From positions 1 to 64,000 of IMG/VR virus record IMGVR_UViG_3300044984_001421: DNA of 64,000 bases; one strand, given 5' to 3'. Every line of letters starts with the position of its first letter. Position 1 is the stretch's first letter. The notes below the pieces were generated by a model. It was not told the DNA's origin, ran no database searches, and saw only the letters and a program-made list of their open reading frames with translations. The translations under genes were made by a program, and so were the position numbers. Source of the stretch: a virus. Shown here piece by piece: positions 1-9,493 of this stretch.

Positions 1-193
1 ACCATGACCTCGATCTCGCGTGCAACTGAGCGCAATTCGCCCATCGTCTGCCTGTCACGAACTTGCTCGGCGTTGCGCTCGATGTCTTCTAGTGTGTAAA
101 CATCAGAAACCATTGCTTATCCGCCTAAATTAACAACTGAATAAAAAGCCCAGCCAATCGGCTGGGGAAAGTTCGCCATAAGCGAACAGGGAG

Positions 194-388
194 TCATGAA
201 GCACCTGTTGTATTTTTCCGGATGCGTTGGGCCAAAAGAGCACCATTTGTGTCCAGTTCAATCTGGAACTGCCTGATCGGCGGTACACCTTTTCGCTTCC
301 ATCCAGCAACAGATGCTGTAGTAACGCCAAAAGCGCGAGCGACATTCGCCGCGCTTTTGTAGTGGTTGATGAGTTGCTCGTATGTCAT
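194..388 (-). CDS. cro: Cro-like HTH regulator
   Basis: MTYEQLINHYKSAANVARAFGVTTASVAGWKRKGVPPIRQFQIE is a Cro/YdaS-type HTH, divergent from cI. ATG at 388 lies 7 nt after a -10 box. Confidence 0.75.
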   Translation of the reverse strand: MTYEQLINHYKSAANVARAFGVTTASVAGWKRKGVPPIRQFQIELDTNGALLAQRIRKNTTGAS

Positions 389-395
389 GCGTCGA

Positions 396-440
396 ATGCT
401 AGTCATAACTAGCCGCATTTGCAAGCCATGACTAGGGTTT
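396..440 (-). promoter_or_regulatory. PR-like promoter with CTAG operator sites
   Basis: Minus strand reads TTGCAA-17 nt-TAGCAT. Palindrome GCTAGTcataACTAGC at 398-413. Confidence 0.7.
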
Positions 441-484
441 TGCCGAACAAAATTGTTCGTCAGAGGATAGAAAAGGGGGCTTGT

Positions 485-850
485 ATGTCTAAAGTAATAT
501 TTACTGAAAATAGTGACATCTCTACCATTGGCAGCAGGATCAGATATGCGATGGAGAAAAAGGGAATGTCACAAGCAGAACTACACCGAGCCATAGGGAT
601 AAAATCTAGCAGCATGAGTAACCTGATAGGCGGGCGCAGCAAAAGCCCGTCGGCATCAACACTGATGAAGCTCGCGGAAACATTAGACGTTTCCCAGGCA
701 TGGCTCATGGATGGAACTGGATCACCTGGCGATAAGCGTGTTCTAGTCTCTGATGCGGAGATACACCGCAACCTGGATAGGCTCCCGGCAGACCAGAAGC
801 AGGCGATTGCAGCAGCGATAGAAGCCATGATCCTGACGTCCAAAAAATAG
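485..850 (+). CDS. CI-like XRE HTH repressor (no peptidase S24 domain)
   Basis: RIRYAMEKKGMSQAELHRAIG...LAETLDVSQAWLMDG is an HTH_3 signature; divergent from cro. Confidence 0.8.
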   Translation: MSKVIFTENSDISTIGSRIRYAMEKKGMSQAELHRAIGIKSSSMSNLIGGRSKSPSASTLMKLAETLDVSQAWLMDGTGSPGDKRVLVSDAEIHRNLDRLPADQKQAIAAAIEAMILTSKK

Positions 851-876
851 TCAAACCAGACAACAAGAAATAAATG

Positions 877-901
877 CGCAGATTTATCTGCGTTTTTTTT
901 T
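877..901 (+). terminator. Intrinsic terminator after repressor
   Basis: CGCAGAT-tt-ATCTGCG hairpin followed by a T run. Confidence 0.7.
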
Positions 902-909
902 GAATTCAT

Positions 910-952
910 CCTAGTTATGCCTTGCATTTGATACTAGCTTTGACTAGCATTC
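910..952 (+). promoter_or_regulatory. PL-like early promoter with CTAG operator sites
   Basis: TTGCAT(922)-17 nt-TAGCAT(945); an inverted near-copy of the cro promoter. Confidence 0.7.
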
Positions 953-982
953 ATATCGTCAACAACGAGCAAGGAGTACGAG

Positions 983-1333
983 ATGGCTGGGTGTTTTGGC
1001 GGTTCGGCAGAAGACAAAGCAATGGAAGCGGACCTGTTCCGATTCCTGGCAAGCCAAGCGGAAGATAGCGCGATTCAGGATGTTGTTGATGACCTGATGC
1101 TCAAGGCCATCGACAAGAAATTCACGGAGTCGCTTTGCAGTGACTGGGAGTTTCTTCAAGAGCAAATCGGAGAAGTTGCGAACACAGTCGCAAAGCATGC
1201 GCTCGCTGCAGAGCGCGCGACAAACCGAGATGCATCCCACATTCAATATGCCCTGCTCGGGCAAAAGATGGTCGACATTATGCGCAAAGCGCTGCTCACC
1301 ATCGCCGAACATGAGGCTGAATGCCATGCATGA
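983..1333 (+). CDS. Hypothetical early protein
   Basis: AAGGAG RBS; first gene after the PL-like promoter. Confidence 0.65.
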   Translation: MAGCFGGSAEDKAMEADLFRFLASQAEDSAIQDVVDDLMLKAIDKKFTESLCSDWEFLQEQIGEVANTVAKHALAAERATNRDASHIQYALLGQKMVDIMRKALLTIAEHEAECHA

Positions 1334-1472
1334 CTACATCGTCACCATCAGGACTGTAAGCGGAAGGAATCTCACCGTTACGGCGATTGCAAGAAACACA
1401 GTCGCTGCGATGATTTCTGTGTGCAAGGCAGTCGGAGAGATGCCTGCACGTATAACCGGGAGGCCAGCATGA
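1326..1472 (+). CDS. Small hypothetical protein
   Basis: MHDYIVTIRT...; overlaps neighbouring starts and stops. Confidence 0.45.
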   Translation: MHDYIVTIRTVSGRNLTVTAIARNTVAAMISVCKAVGEMPARITGRPA

Positions 1473-1699
1473 TGAACTTTGAGACACGAAGGATTGATGC
1501 GCCAGACCGCGTCGCCATACCGCCGCAGCGCAGAACCAACATGGCAATGCGCAAGATCGTTGATTCAGCCATTCGGCTGGCGAAGTACGACCGGGACCAG
1601 GCGCTCGACATCATGACCAGCCACCTTGTCCCGATTCATGTCGCAGTTCGGATTATGGCAGGCAAGCAAAGATGCGACATGGGATGGAGCAAATCATGA
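1469..1699 (+). CDS. Small hypothetical protein
   Basis: ATGA coupling with a GGAGG RBS. Confidence 0.5.
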   Translation: MMNFETRRIDAPDRVAIPPQRRTNMAMRKIVDSAIRLAKYDRDQALDIMTSHLVPIHVAVRIMAGKQRCDMGWSKS

Positions 1700-1854
1700 A
1701 CTCTAACTGGAGCCTTCGATTTCCAAGAACAAGCCGTGAGGCTTACGGGTATTGCGTGAGCTTTAACACGCACAACAAGGACCGGATGGTCTTCATTGCA
1801 TGCGCCATCCTGGCTGCATTTATGGCTGGTTTCATGCTTGGGTCTGGGCAATAA
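1696..1854 (+). CDS. Small membrane-anchored hypothetical protein
   Basis: RFPRTSREAYG motif and a C-terminal hydrophobic helix. Confidence 0.5.
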   Translation: MNSNWSLRFPRTSREAYGYCVSFNTHNKDRMVFIACAILAAFMAGFMLGSGQ

Positions 1855-2247
1855 ATGAGGCACACAAAAGCAAGGATAGTTGATCACCTGACCATGAATG
1901 GTCCGGCAACAAAGGTCGAACTTGCAGACGTGTGCTGCAGAACTGCCAATGCGATATACAAAAGTTTGAAATCGATGCAGAACGAAAGAGTTATCCACAT
2001 TAAGGGCTTTGTCGGTAAGGCAAATGTCTCACCGTTGTACGCACTCGGGAATCAAGCAGATGCGAAGCCGCCAAGAAGAACTAACTGCGGTCGAGTCCTT
2101 ACAGAAAATGCGGTAATTAATGTCCGTCGATTGCTGAATGACGGAAAGAAGCAAAAAGAAGTTGCTGCATTGTTTGGCATATCAGTGCCAACGGTAAGCA
2201 ACATTAAAAACGGCAAGGCATGGAAACACATCAAGGAGATGATATGA
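1855..2247 (+). CDS. Double-HTH DNA-binding protein
   Basis: N-terminal winged HTH and C-terminal QKEVAALFGISVPTVSNIKNGKAWKH. Confidence 0.6.
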   Translation: MRHTKARIVDHLTMNGPATKVELADVCCRTANAIYKSLKSMQNERVIHIKGFVGKANVSPLYALGNQADAKPPRRTNCGRVLTENAVINVRRLLNDGKKQKEVAALFGISVPTVSNIKNGKAWKHIKEMI

Positions 2248-2771
2248 GCACAGCACTGACAACACAAAGTGGTGGCGCGCTGGCGATCAGCGACCAGGAA
2301 CTGATGGGAGTTTTGAGATACGACAGGGATACAGGGATTATTTATTGGGCAATTCGTAGCGGAAGATCAAAGCCAGGAAACGTCGCCGGAACAGTGAAGA
2401 CTGACGGATATATCCAGATTAGAGCGTGCGGCGGACAGCATTACGCGCACCGCATCGCATGGCTGTTTGAGCATGGTAAATGGCCTGACGGTCACATCGA
2501 TCATATCGATGGCGATCCGACGAACAACAGAATATCAAATCTCCGTGATGTTTCCATTGGGATGAACATGGAAAACCAGCGGCACGCTCATGTCAGCAAC
2601 AAAAGCAGTGGGTTGCTTGGCGTCAGTTTTGATAAGCAAACAGGACGCTGGATGGCAAAAATCAGCGTCTCAAACAAGACAAAGAACCTTGGCAGATTTT
2701 CAGACCAGAACAAGGCCCATGAGGCATACGTCGCGGCTAAACGCCAACTACACCCTGGAGCAACGATATGA
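2244..2771 (+). CDS. HNH (HNH_3) homing endonuclease with AP2-like domain
   Basis: YAHRIAW...IDHIDGDPTNNRISNLR; GVSFDKQTGRWMAKI...LGRF. Confidence 0.85.
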   Translation: MSTALTTQSGGALAISDQELMGVLRYDRDTGIIYWAIRSGRSKPGNVAGTVKTDGYIQIRACGGQHYAHRIAWLFEHGKWPDGHIDHIDGDPTNNRISNLRDVSIGMNMENQRHAHVSNKSSGLLGVSFDKQTGRWMAKISVSNKTKNLGRFSDQNKAHEAYVAAKRQLHPGATI

Positions 2772-3649
2772 CAAACGAAGTGGCAAGACAAGACAGCGTG
2801 TGCGGATTTCCGTCGCTGGCAATGAGTGAGCGCGAGTTGATGACAGTGCTAGAAGGGAGCCTTTATCCAGGCGCACAGCCAGAATCAATAAAGATGGCAA
2901 TTGGATACTGCAAAGCGGCTGGATTGGACATCATGCAAAAGCCAATTCACATTGTCCCGGTCTGGGACAGCAAAGCCGGCCGCATGCGCGACGTAATCAT
3001 GCCGGGTGTCGGCCTGTACCGGACGCAGGCCGCGCGAAGTGAGAATTATGCCGGCGTCTCTGAGCCGGAATACGGTCCTGACGTTACCGAGAACATTGGC
3101 GGCGTCATGATCACCTACCCAGTGTGGTGCAAGGTCATTGTCCGCCGCGCAATGAAGAACGGCAACATTGCCGAGTTTGCGGCGACAGAACGCTGGAAGG
3201 AAAACTACGCAACGAAGGGGGGGAAAGAAAAGTCCATCGCGCCTAACGCGATGTGGACAAAGCGCCCATACGGCCAGATTTCCAAGTGCGCTGAAGCCCA
3301 GGCGCTGCGCAAAGCATTCCCTGAAGTCGGGTCCGCACCAACAGCCGATGAGATGGAAGACAAGAGCTACGGCGAAGGCGCTATCGACGGAACGGTTGTC
3401 CCCGAGGAAAAACGCGCCGAACTTACACAGTATGACGCGCACCAGTTCGATGTGAACTTTCCGAAGTGGCAGGACACGATCAAATCCGGCAAGAAAACTG
3501 CCGAGCAGTTGATCAGCATGATCGGAACCAAAGGCTGGCTGACAGAGGCGCAGAAAGAGGCGATTCGGGACTGCGAGATTGCGGATGCAGATGAAGCCGA
3601 TCCGTTCGTCGCTGCGATGGAAGCAGAAGAAGCCAGGGAGGCCGCATGA
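2768..3649 (+). CDS. bet: Phage recombination protein Bet (single-strand annealing)
   Basis: SLYPGA..YCKAAGLD..KPIHIVP; MWTKRPYGQISKCAEAQALRKAFPE. Confidence 0.9.
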   Translation: MTNEVARQDSVCGFPSLAMSERELMTVLEGSLYPGAQPESIKMAIGYCKAAGLDIMQKPIHIVPVWDSKAGRMRDVIMPGVGLYRTQAARSENYAGVSEPEYGPDVTENIGGVMITYPVWCKVIVRRAMKNGNIAEFAATERWKENYATKGGKEKSIAPNAMWTKRPYGQISKCAEAQALRKAFPEVGSAPTADEMEDKSYGEGAIDGTVVPEEKRAELTQYDAHQFDVNFPKWQDTIKSGKKTAEQLISMIGTKGWLTEAQKEAIRDCEIADADEADPFVAAMEAEEAREAA

Positions 3650-5439
3650 AAACGCTCGACCTTATCCAAGGCAGCCAAGAATGGCTAAACGCCAGAATGC
3701 AGTACCTGACCGCCAGCGAAGCACCTGCCATGCTCGGGTTGAGCAAATACAAGACTCGGTCTGAACTGCTGCGCGAAAAATCAACCGGAATCGTGCCTGA
3801 AGTGGATGCGGCAACACAGCGCCGGTTCGACGCCGGACATGCAGCAGAAGCAGCGACCAGGGTGTGGGCGGAAAAACTGATCGGTGAAGACTTGTACCCG
3901 ACCACAGGCACGACGGAAATCGAAGGCTTGCCGTTACTCGCCAGCTTCGACGGCGTCAACCTGGACGAGTCGATCTGTTGGGAAAATAAGTTGTGGAATG
4001 CGGAGTTTGCCAAGCAAGTGGCAGACCGCATTGTGCCGGATACGCACTGGCCGCAACTTGAACAGCAGATGCTGGTCAGCGGCGCGCAGAAAGTGCTGTT
4101 TACCGTCAGCGATGGCGACACACAGATTATTCACACTTGGTACGAGTCGGTACCGGAACGCAGGGTGCGCCTGATCGCAGGCTGGAAGGCGTTCAAAGCG
4201 GACATGGAAAACTTCCAGTACGTCGAGGTGATTCCTGCAGCAGTAGCAACGCCTGAAGCTGGGCTGCCATCCGTATTTATCCGCGTCGAAGGCAGCATTG
4301 CTCTGGTGGATAACCTGCCAGCATTCGGCGAAATCCTGACCGATTACATCGCACGCATGAAAGTGATCACGGAAAAGGATAAAAAAACAGACCAGGACTA
4401 CGCTGATCTTGAGCAAGCCGTCAGGAACATGAAGCGCGCAGAGGAAGAACTCGATGCGGCGGAAAACAGCGCGCTTGGACAAACCGAAAGCATCGACTCA
4501 ATGCGCAAGACGGTTGCGATGTATCGGGCCATGGCGCGGGATAACCGGCTGTTGATCGACAAGCTGGTCAAGGCCGAGAAGGAAAGCCGCAAAGCAGAGA
4601 TCATCGTCAACGCCAGGAAAGCTATCGAGGAACACATCCAGAAAATGAACGTGCGAATCGGCGGCAACTGGATGCCAGCAGCGAGCGCGGCACCATTCGC
4701 CGAAGCCGTCAAGGGACTAAAAACCCTGGACAGCATGCGTGAAAAAGTCGGAACAGCACTGCGCGACATGATGTTCGAAGCAAGTCTGATGGCAGACCGG
4801 ATCGAGTCGAACCGCAAGAGCCTGACCGGCGAGGCGCACGACTGGATGTTCCTGTTCCCAGATTTCCCAGCGGTCTGCCAGAAGCCAGTCGAAGATTTCG
4901 CCGCCATGTTGTCGATGCGGATCACGAATCACAAAGCCGCCGAAGATAAAAGACTCGAAGCCGAGCGCGAGAAGATCCGCGCAGAGGAACGCGCCAAGGC
5001 GGAAGCGGAAGCGCAAGCGAAAGCAAAAGCCGAAAAGTCCGCTCTGGATGCGGAGGAAATGAAGAAGCGCGCCGAATTCGAACACCTCCAACGTGAAGAA
5101 GCGAAGGCATTCCAGCGGCAGGCGGCAGAGCAGGCACAAGGACGCGCGGCCATGGCCGAAGCCGAGCAGTTGATCGCCAGCGCGAAATCAGCGACAGCAA
5201 CGCCACCAATCGAGCAGTCGGCAGAGACAGCAGAGAGCGAGAACCTGCTCAAACTCGGCCAGATTGGTGAGCGACTTGGATTTTCCGTGACGGCAGAATT
5301 AATCGCCTCACTCGGCATCTTGCCAAAAGCACAAGACCGGTCAGCGAAGTTGTACTCGCAGGCCGATTTCATCCGCGTCTGCGACGCCTTGATTGCCAGG
5401 GTCACAGCAGCACGCAACGCGCAGTACCAACCTCAGTAA
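3646..5439 (+). CDS. YqaJ-like exonuclease with long coiled-coil C-terminus
   Basis: QGSQEWLNAR..TASEA; LLASFDG..WENK; QLEQQMLVSGA. Confidence 0.85.
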   Translation: MKTLDLIQGSQEWLNARMQYLTASEAPAMLGLSKYKTRSELLREKSTGIVPEVDAATQRRFDAGHAAEAATRVWAEKLIGEDLYPTTGTTEIEGLPLLASFDGVNLDESICWENKLWNAEFAKQVADRIVPDTHWPQLEQQMLVSGAQKVLFTVSDGDTQIIHTWYESVPERRVRLIAGWKAFKADMENFQYVEVIPAAVATPEAGLPSVFIRVEGSIALVDNLPAFGEILTDYIARMKVITEKDKKTDQDYADLEQAVRNMKRAEEELDAAENSALGQTESIDSMRKTVAMYRAMARDNRLLIDKLVKAEKESRKAEIIVNARKAIEEHIQKMNVRIGGNWMPAASAAPFAEAVKGLKTLDSMREKVGTALRDMMFEASLMADRIESNRKSLTGEAHDWMFLFPDFPAVCQKPVEDFAAMLSMRITNHKAAEDKRLEAEREKIRAEERAKAEAEAQAKAKAEKSALDAEEMKKRAEFEHLQREEAKAFQRQAAEQAQGRAAMAEAEQLIASAKSATATPPIEQSAETAESENLLKLGQIGERLGFSVTAELIASLGILPKAQDRSAKLYSQADFIRVCDALIARVTAARNAQYQPQ

Positions 5440-5452
5440 CCAGGAGATCGAA

Positions 5453-5806
5453 ATGCCGCTACCAATCAATGTCAGCCTCGCAACCGTCTACATCGCCACC
5501 GAAGACGGTGAAGTCAAAACCCTCATGGATGACGCCAGCGACAAACTTGCTGAAGTCGTCAACGCTGTCGTCGCCACCGGCAAAGCCGGGTCGTTGACGA
5601 TCAAGATCGACCTCAAGCCTTCAACCGCTGGCGCGCTCGCAGTGCGCGGCGATGCGAAAGCCAAGAAGCCGGCCGGTCTGCCACGCGAGGCGCTGCTCTG
5701 GCCGACACCTGAAGGCAACCTCATGGGCGAAGACCCGAACCAGGCGAAATTCGAATTCAAGCAGGTCAACACCCCGAAGACAGAACTCAAGTCGGTAGCC
5801 GCCTAA
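5453..5806 (+). CDS. Conserved phage protein (partner of DUF2303)
   Basis: AVVATGKAGSLTIKIDLKP..TPEGNL..DPNQ; directly upstream of DUF2303. Confidence 0.65.
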   Translation: MPLPINVSLATVYIATEDGEVKTLMDDASDKLAEVVNAVVATGKAGSLTIKIDLKPSTAGALAVRGDAKAKKPAGLPREALLWPTPEGNLMGEDPNQAKFEFKQVNTPKTELKSVAA

Positions 5807-5851
5807 CCTACAACCTGCACGCCTCGCGCGGGCAACTCCAAAGGAAGAAAA

Positions 5852-6694
5852 ATGGATTACAAAACAGGAAAACTCGACGCGGCAACTCTGCTGGATGCCG
5901 GCGCTGCGATGGTTTCTTCGGCGAAGTTTGTCGATGAAGAATCGCATCCCTATATCGTCGTCCCGGAAGGATACAAGATCGCTGACATGGAGAAGTTCAT
6001 GTCAAATCCGACGCGGAAACGTGGGACTGTTTCGGTCAGCGATTCGCGCAGCTTTGTGGACTTTTTAGTCCGCCATGGTCAGGAACATGACGCTGCGATC
6101 TATGCCGACATGGACGCAGAAGAAAGTCGGCTGAACATGACTGCTGTTCTCAATGACCACGACTACAAGCTAGACATCGCCGGATGGATGGACCATCGCT
6201 GCGTGTTCCAGCCGAAACTTTCAGTCGAGTGGAAGCGCTGGCTCACGAAGGATGGTGTATCGATGAACCAGTCCGACTTCGCTACCTTCCTGGAAGACAA
6301 CCTGGGCGACATCGCCAGCGTAGAAGGCATGCCGACCGGCGCGCAGATGCTGACCATGGCGCTGCAGTTCGAAGCGAACAGCGACAAGCGTCTGCGCAGC
6401 AAGGTCAACCTGCAGTCCGGTGGTGTGCGCTTCGAGTTCGTGGACGATGAAACGAAGGAGACGCGCACAAGCATGGAAGTGTTCCAGCGCTTCACCATCG
6501 GCGTGCCGGTGTTCCAGGGCAGCAAGAGCGCATACCCGATTGTTGCGCGCCTGAAGTACCGCGAGAAAGACGGAAAGGTCAACTTCTGGTTCGAATTGAT
6601 CCGTCCTGATCTGGTGTTCAAGACTGCGGCAGATGAGGAAACCAGTCTCATCGCGGCAGCCACTGGCTTCTTGATCTTCAACGGCAAGATTTAA
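5852..6694 (+). CDS. DUF2303 (YfdQ-like) protein
   Basis: EWKRW..MNQSDFATFLEDN; FTIGVPVFQG..ARLKYR. Confidence 0.8.
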   Translation: MDYKTGKLDAATLLDAGAAMVSSAKFVDEESHPYIVVPEGYKIADMEKFMSNPTRKRGTVSVSDSRSFVDFLVRHGQEHDAAIYADMDAEESRLNMTAVLNDHDYKLDIAGWMDHRCVFQPKLSVEWKRWLTKDGVSMNQSDFATFLEDNLGDIASVEGMPTGAQMLTMALQFEANSDKRLRSKVNLQSGGVRFEFVDDETKETRTSMEVFQRFTIGVPVFQGSKSAYPIVARLKYREKDGKVNFWFELIRPDLVFKTAADEETSLIAAATGFLIFNGKI

Positions 6695-6726
6695 AAGGGT
6701 CTGGCCGGGAAACCGGCCAGAAGAAA

Positions 6727-7179
6727 ATGCGGAACCTCGACACAATAAATCATCTTCGTTCAGATTCGCGCGATCTCTATGGATCGAATGGCGATAGCGG
6801 AAATGGCGTTTTTATGATCACCAGCAAGATCGACCATACAACACTGGTGGTCGTCGCAAGCGATCAACTCGGATGGGATCACGTCTCGGTCAGTCACCGG
6901 AAGCGGGTGCCGAACTGGTATGAGATGGAGCAGGTTAAGGCGATGTTCTTCGAGGAAGACGAAACATGCATGCAACTGCATGTCCCAGCTTCAGATCACA
7001 TCAACAACCACGCCAACGTGCTGCACTTGTGGCGACCACAGAAAGCAGAAATTCCACGCCCGCCGTCAATCATGGTTGGACTCGAAGGTGTGACGAATGT
7101 CACCAGTGAACAAGTGAAGAAATTCATCAAACCCAGTCTCGTAATGGCATCGATTCTCGCTGCCACGATGGCTCAATAA
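6727..7179 (+). CDS. Conserved phage protein
   Basis: [24 protein letters not shown] motif. Confidence 0.7.
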   Translation: MRNLDTINHLRSDSRDLYGSNGDSGNGVFMITSKIDHTTLVVVASDQLGWDHVSVSHRKRVPNWYEMEQVKAMFFEEDETCMQLHVPASDHINNHANVLHLWRPQKAEIPRPPSIMVGLEGVTNVTSEQVKKFIKPSLVMASILAATMAQ

Positions 7180-7189
7180 GGAAATTAAA

Positions 7190-7645
7190 ATGGCATCAGT
7201 CAATAAAGTGATCCTGGTTGGAAACCTGGGGAAAGACCCAGAAACACGCTACATGCCAAACGGCGATGCGGTAACCAATGTCGTCATCGCCACATCCGAG
7301 TCGTGGAAAGACAAGAACAGCGGCGAGAAGAAAGAGGCGACAGAATGGCATCGTGTCGTGTTTTTCCGCAAGCTGGCAGAAATCGCCAGCCAATACCTGC
7401 GCAAAGGCTCGCAGGTTTACATCGAAGGCGCGCTCAAAACGCGCAAGTGGCAGAATAAGGATGGACAGGATCAGTACACCACCGAGATCGTCGCCGACGA
7501 AATGAGGATGCTCGGCAGCAAGGGTGACCGTCCGAGCAATGACGGAGGACAGGGTCCGCACGGAGACTCGAGCGAGCAACCGGCGCAGCAGAACGCGACG
7601 ACGAAGTCCGCCGAATTCGACAACGACGACGACATCCCATTCTAA
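7190..7645 (+). CDS. ssb: Single-stranded DNA-binding protein
   Basis: [18 protein letters not shown]...DDDIPF. Confidence 0.97.
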   Translation: MASVNKVILVGNLGKDPETRYMPNGDAVTNVVIATSESWKDKNSGEKKEATEWHRVVFFRKLAEIASQYLRKGSQVYIEGALKTRKWQNKDGQDQYTTEIVADEMRMLGSKGDRPSNDGGQGPHGDSSEQPAQQNATTKSAEFDNDDDIPF

Positions 7646-7655
7646 AGTACACGCC

Positions 7656-7826
7656 ATGCTTGAGAATTACTTCGTCATCGCTGCCGTGTTCACTGCATGG
7701 GCCATTGGATATCTCGACGGGAGAAAATTAACCTCACTCTTCAAGTCGAGATTCCATGCCTTTGTGCTGGCGCTGGCTGCCGGCATTTTTTGGCCGGTCA
7801 CCGCCGCATTGATCATTTTCAAGTAA
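7656..7826 (+). CDS. Small membrane protein
   Basis: Two hydrophobic segments. Confidence 0.45.
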   Translation: MLENYFVIAAVFTAWAIGYLDGRKLTSLFKSRFHAFVLALAAGIFWPVTAALIIFK

Positions 7827-7828
7827 GC

Positions 7829-8215
7829 ATGAGATCAATCGACATCATCGAAGCCGCAGAATTCCTTGGCCTGCACTGCAACACCCTGCAGGCCAGGGCG
7901 AAAGCCGGCGAAATCCCTGGCGTCAAGATCGGGAAAGAGTGGAGATTCATCGACGTTGATCTTGTCGAATACATGCGCTCACAATACCTGTCCAACAAAC
8001 AGGACGGGCAAGAGTCGTGTCGATCTACAAGCGAGGCGAAATCTGGTGGTACTCGATCACGCTCAAAGGTAGACCAAGGGCTAGAGGAAGCACTGGCGAG
8101 AGTGATCGGGAAAAGGCGCAGCGCAAGCACGACGAGATCAAAGCAGAACTCTGGCAAGCCAAGCCTGTCCGTGGTGCAGAACGCACATGGAACGACGCAT
8201 GCATTGCCTGGCTGA
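7829..8215 (+). CDS. Excisionase-like HTH_17 protein (overlaps int)
   Basis: EAAEFLGLH..TL..A..GEIPG.KIGKEWRF, directly upstream of the integrase. Confidence 0.75.
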   Translation: MRSIDIIEAAEFLGLHCNTLQARAKAGEIPGVKIGKEWRFIDVDLVEYMRSQYLSNKQDGQESCRSTSEAKSGGTRSRSKVDQGLEEALARVIGKRRSASTTRSKQNSGKPSLSVVQNAHGTTHALPG

Positions 8216-9003
8216 ACGCTGGGGAGCGCGGAGAATCTGACGGATACACCATCAGGTCGCTCGGGTACAAGAACCGGGCGCTCTCGCAATGCACGCAGGC
8301 AAGCTTCGAAGAAGTCCTTGATGGACTGTCGCCAGCGACGTGGAACCGCAAGCGGAACACGATCATGGCGATCCTGCACATGGCAGGCGTCAACATCAAG
8401 ATATCCACCCGGAAAGTCGCAAAACAGCGCATCCGATACCTGACCGCCGAGGAATGGGAGCGTCTCGACGCGGAATTGCCGTCACACCTTCAGGCCATGG
8501 CTCGATTTGCAATATCGACCGGGCTTCGCCAGAGCAACGTCACACAACTCAAATGGGATCAGGTCGACATGGACCGGCGCGTCGCCTGGATACACCCGGA
8601 CGAAGCCAAAGCCGAGAAGGCAATCGGCGTGCCGCTTTCTGACATGGCGATGGAAGTCCTGCAAGGACAGAAAATCCTGAGAGACGCGGAAATCGCTCTC
8701 GCAGAAACAGAAGGACGGAAGTTCGACCCGTCCTACGTCTTCACCTACAAGCGCAAGCCCATCGCCAAGATCAAGACCGCATGGACGAAGGCGCTCGCCA
8801 GAGCAAAGATCGAGAACTTCCGGTGGCACGATCTGAGGCACACCTGGGCAAGCTGGCATGTCATGTCTGGAACACCGCTGGAAGTGCTGAAGCAACTCGG
8901 CGGTTGGAGCGACTACTCCATGGTCCTTCGTTATGCACACCTGGCTCCAGACCACCTGGCCGGGTTCGCCGGCAACGCAAAGCCGTACCAGCGCGCAGCG
9001 TAG
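8017..9003 (+). CDS. int: Tyrosine integrase
   Basis: TGLRQSN, HDLRHTWASW, LGGW, RYAHL catalytic motifs; N-terminal arm-binding domain. Confidence 0.95.
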   Translation: MSIYKRGEIWWYSITLKGRPRARGSTGESDREKAQRKHDEIKAELWQAKPVRGAERTWNDACIAWLNAGERGESDGYTIRSLGYKNRALSQCTQASFEEVLDGLSPATWNRKRNTIMAILHMAGVNIKISTRKVAKQRIRYLTAEEWERLDAELPSHLQAMARFAISTGLRQSNVTQLKWDQVDMDRRVAWIHPDEAKAEKAIGVPLSDMAMEVLQGQKILRDAEIALAETEGRKFDPSYVFTYKRKPIAKIKTAWTKALARAKIENFRWHDLRHTWASWHVMSGTPLEVLKQLGGWSDYSMVLRYAHLAPDHLAGFAGNAKPYQRAA

Positions 9004-9242
9004 TGTGACCAGCACTGTGACTTACTGTGACGGAATCAGGCTGATTGTGACTGAATATCAGGCACAAAAAAGCCGCCAGATCGGCGGCAGATTCGCTCTA
9101 ACTTACTGATTTACAGGTCAATTTCTGGTGGGCAGTACGGGGTTCGAACCTGTGACCCCCGCCGTGTGAAGGCGGTTTAAATCATATATATCCATTTGAT
9201 TTAAAAGCATTTTCATTGTTACTGTGTACAAATCACTGTGAC
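9004..9242. promoter_or_regulatory. attP region with TGTGAC arm-type repeats
   Basis: TGTGAC at 9004, 9016, 9026, 9046 and 9237 flanks the tRNA core; AT-rich IHF-like stretches. Confidence 0.7.
9126..9176 (-). other. attP core: 3' half of tRNA-Val(CAC)
   Basis: Minus strand CCGCC-TTCACAC-GGCGG GGGTC ACAGG-TTCGAAC-CCCGT ACTGCCC ACCA; no D-arm or 5' acceptor strand. Confidence 0.88.
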
Positions 9243-9310
9243 CTACAGATATTTTCAACGTCTAGCATGACGTGATAACGTCGCAGTCTTACCAACAACA
9301 GGAGATGACG

Positions 9311-9493
9311 ATGAAAGCCTCTGAATCTGCTTCGATTCGCGCACAGATCCAGGAACTGCAAGCAAAACTCGCCGAGGCTGATGCACAAGAGCGCGCAGAG
9401 GCTCTTGTGCAGATGAAGGAATGGCAGCGTCAGTACAGCTTCAATGGCCGCGAACTCGGCCCGGCTTTCAGGACAAAAAAGCGCGGCGCTTGA
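9311..9493 (+). CDS. Truncated H-NS-like protein (oligomerisation domain only)
   Basis: IRAQIQELQAKLAEADAQERAEALVQMKEWQRQYSFNGRELG resembles a betaproteobacterial H-NS N-terminus; no C-terminal TWxGxGRxP motif. Confidence 0.6.
   Translation: MKASESASIRAQIQELQAKLAEADAQERAEALVQMKEWQRQYSFNGRELGPAFRTKKRGA

Noticed and set aside
1-113. Partial minus-strand ORF as CII
   Set aside because: Truncated by the window edge, with no diagnostic motif.
8017-9003. Phage integrase as the integron integrase
   Set aside because: It has an arm-binding domain and an adjacent attP, shows no recognisable IntI-specific insertion, and lies 42 kb from the array.
9126-9176. Functional tRNA-Val gene
   Set aside because: The 5' half is missing; it is better explained as the attP core.
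9262-9290. Late motif copy upstream of the H-NS-like gene (GCATGACG)
   Set aside because: Too degenerate relative to GTCGTGACG.
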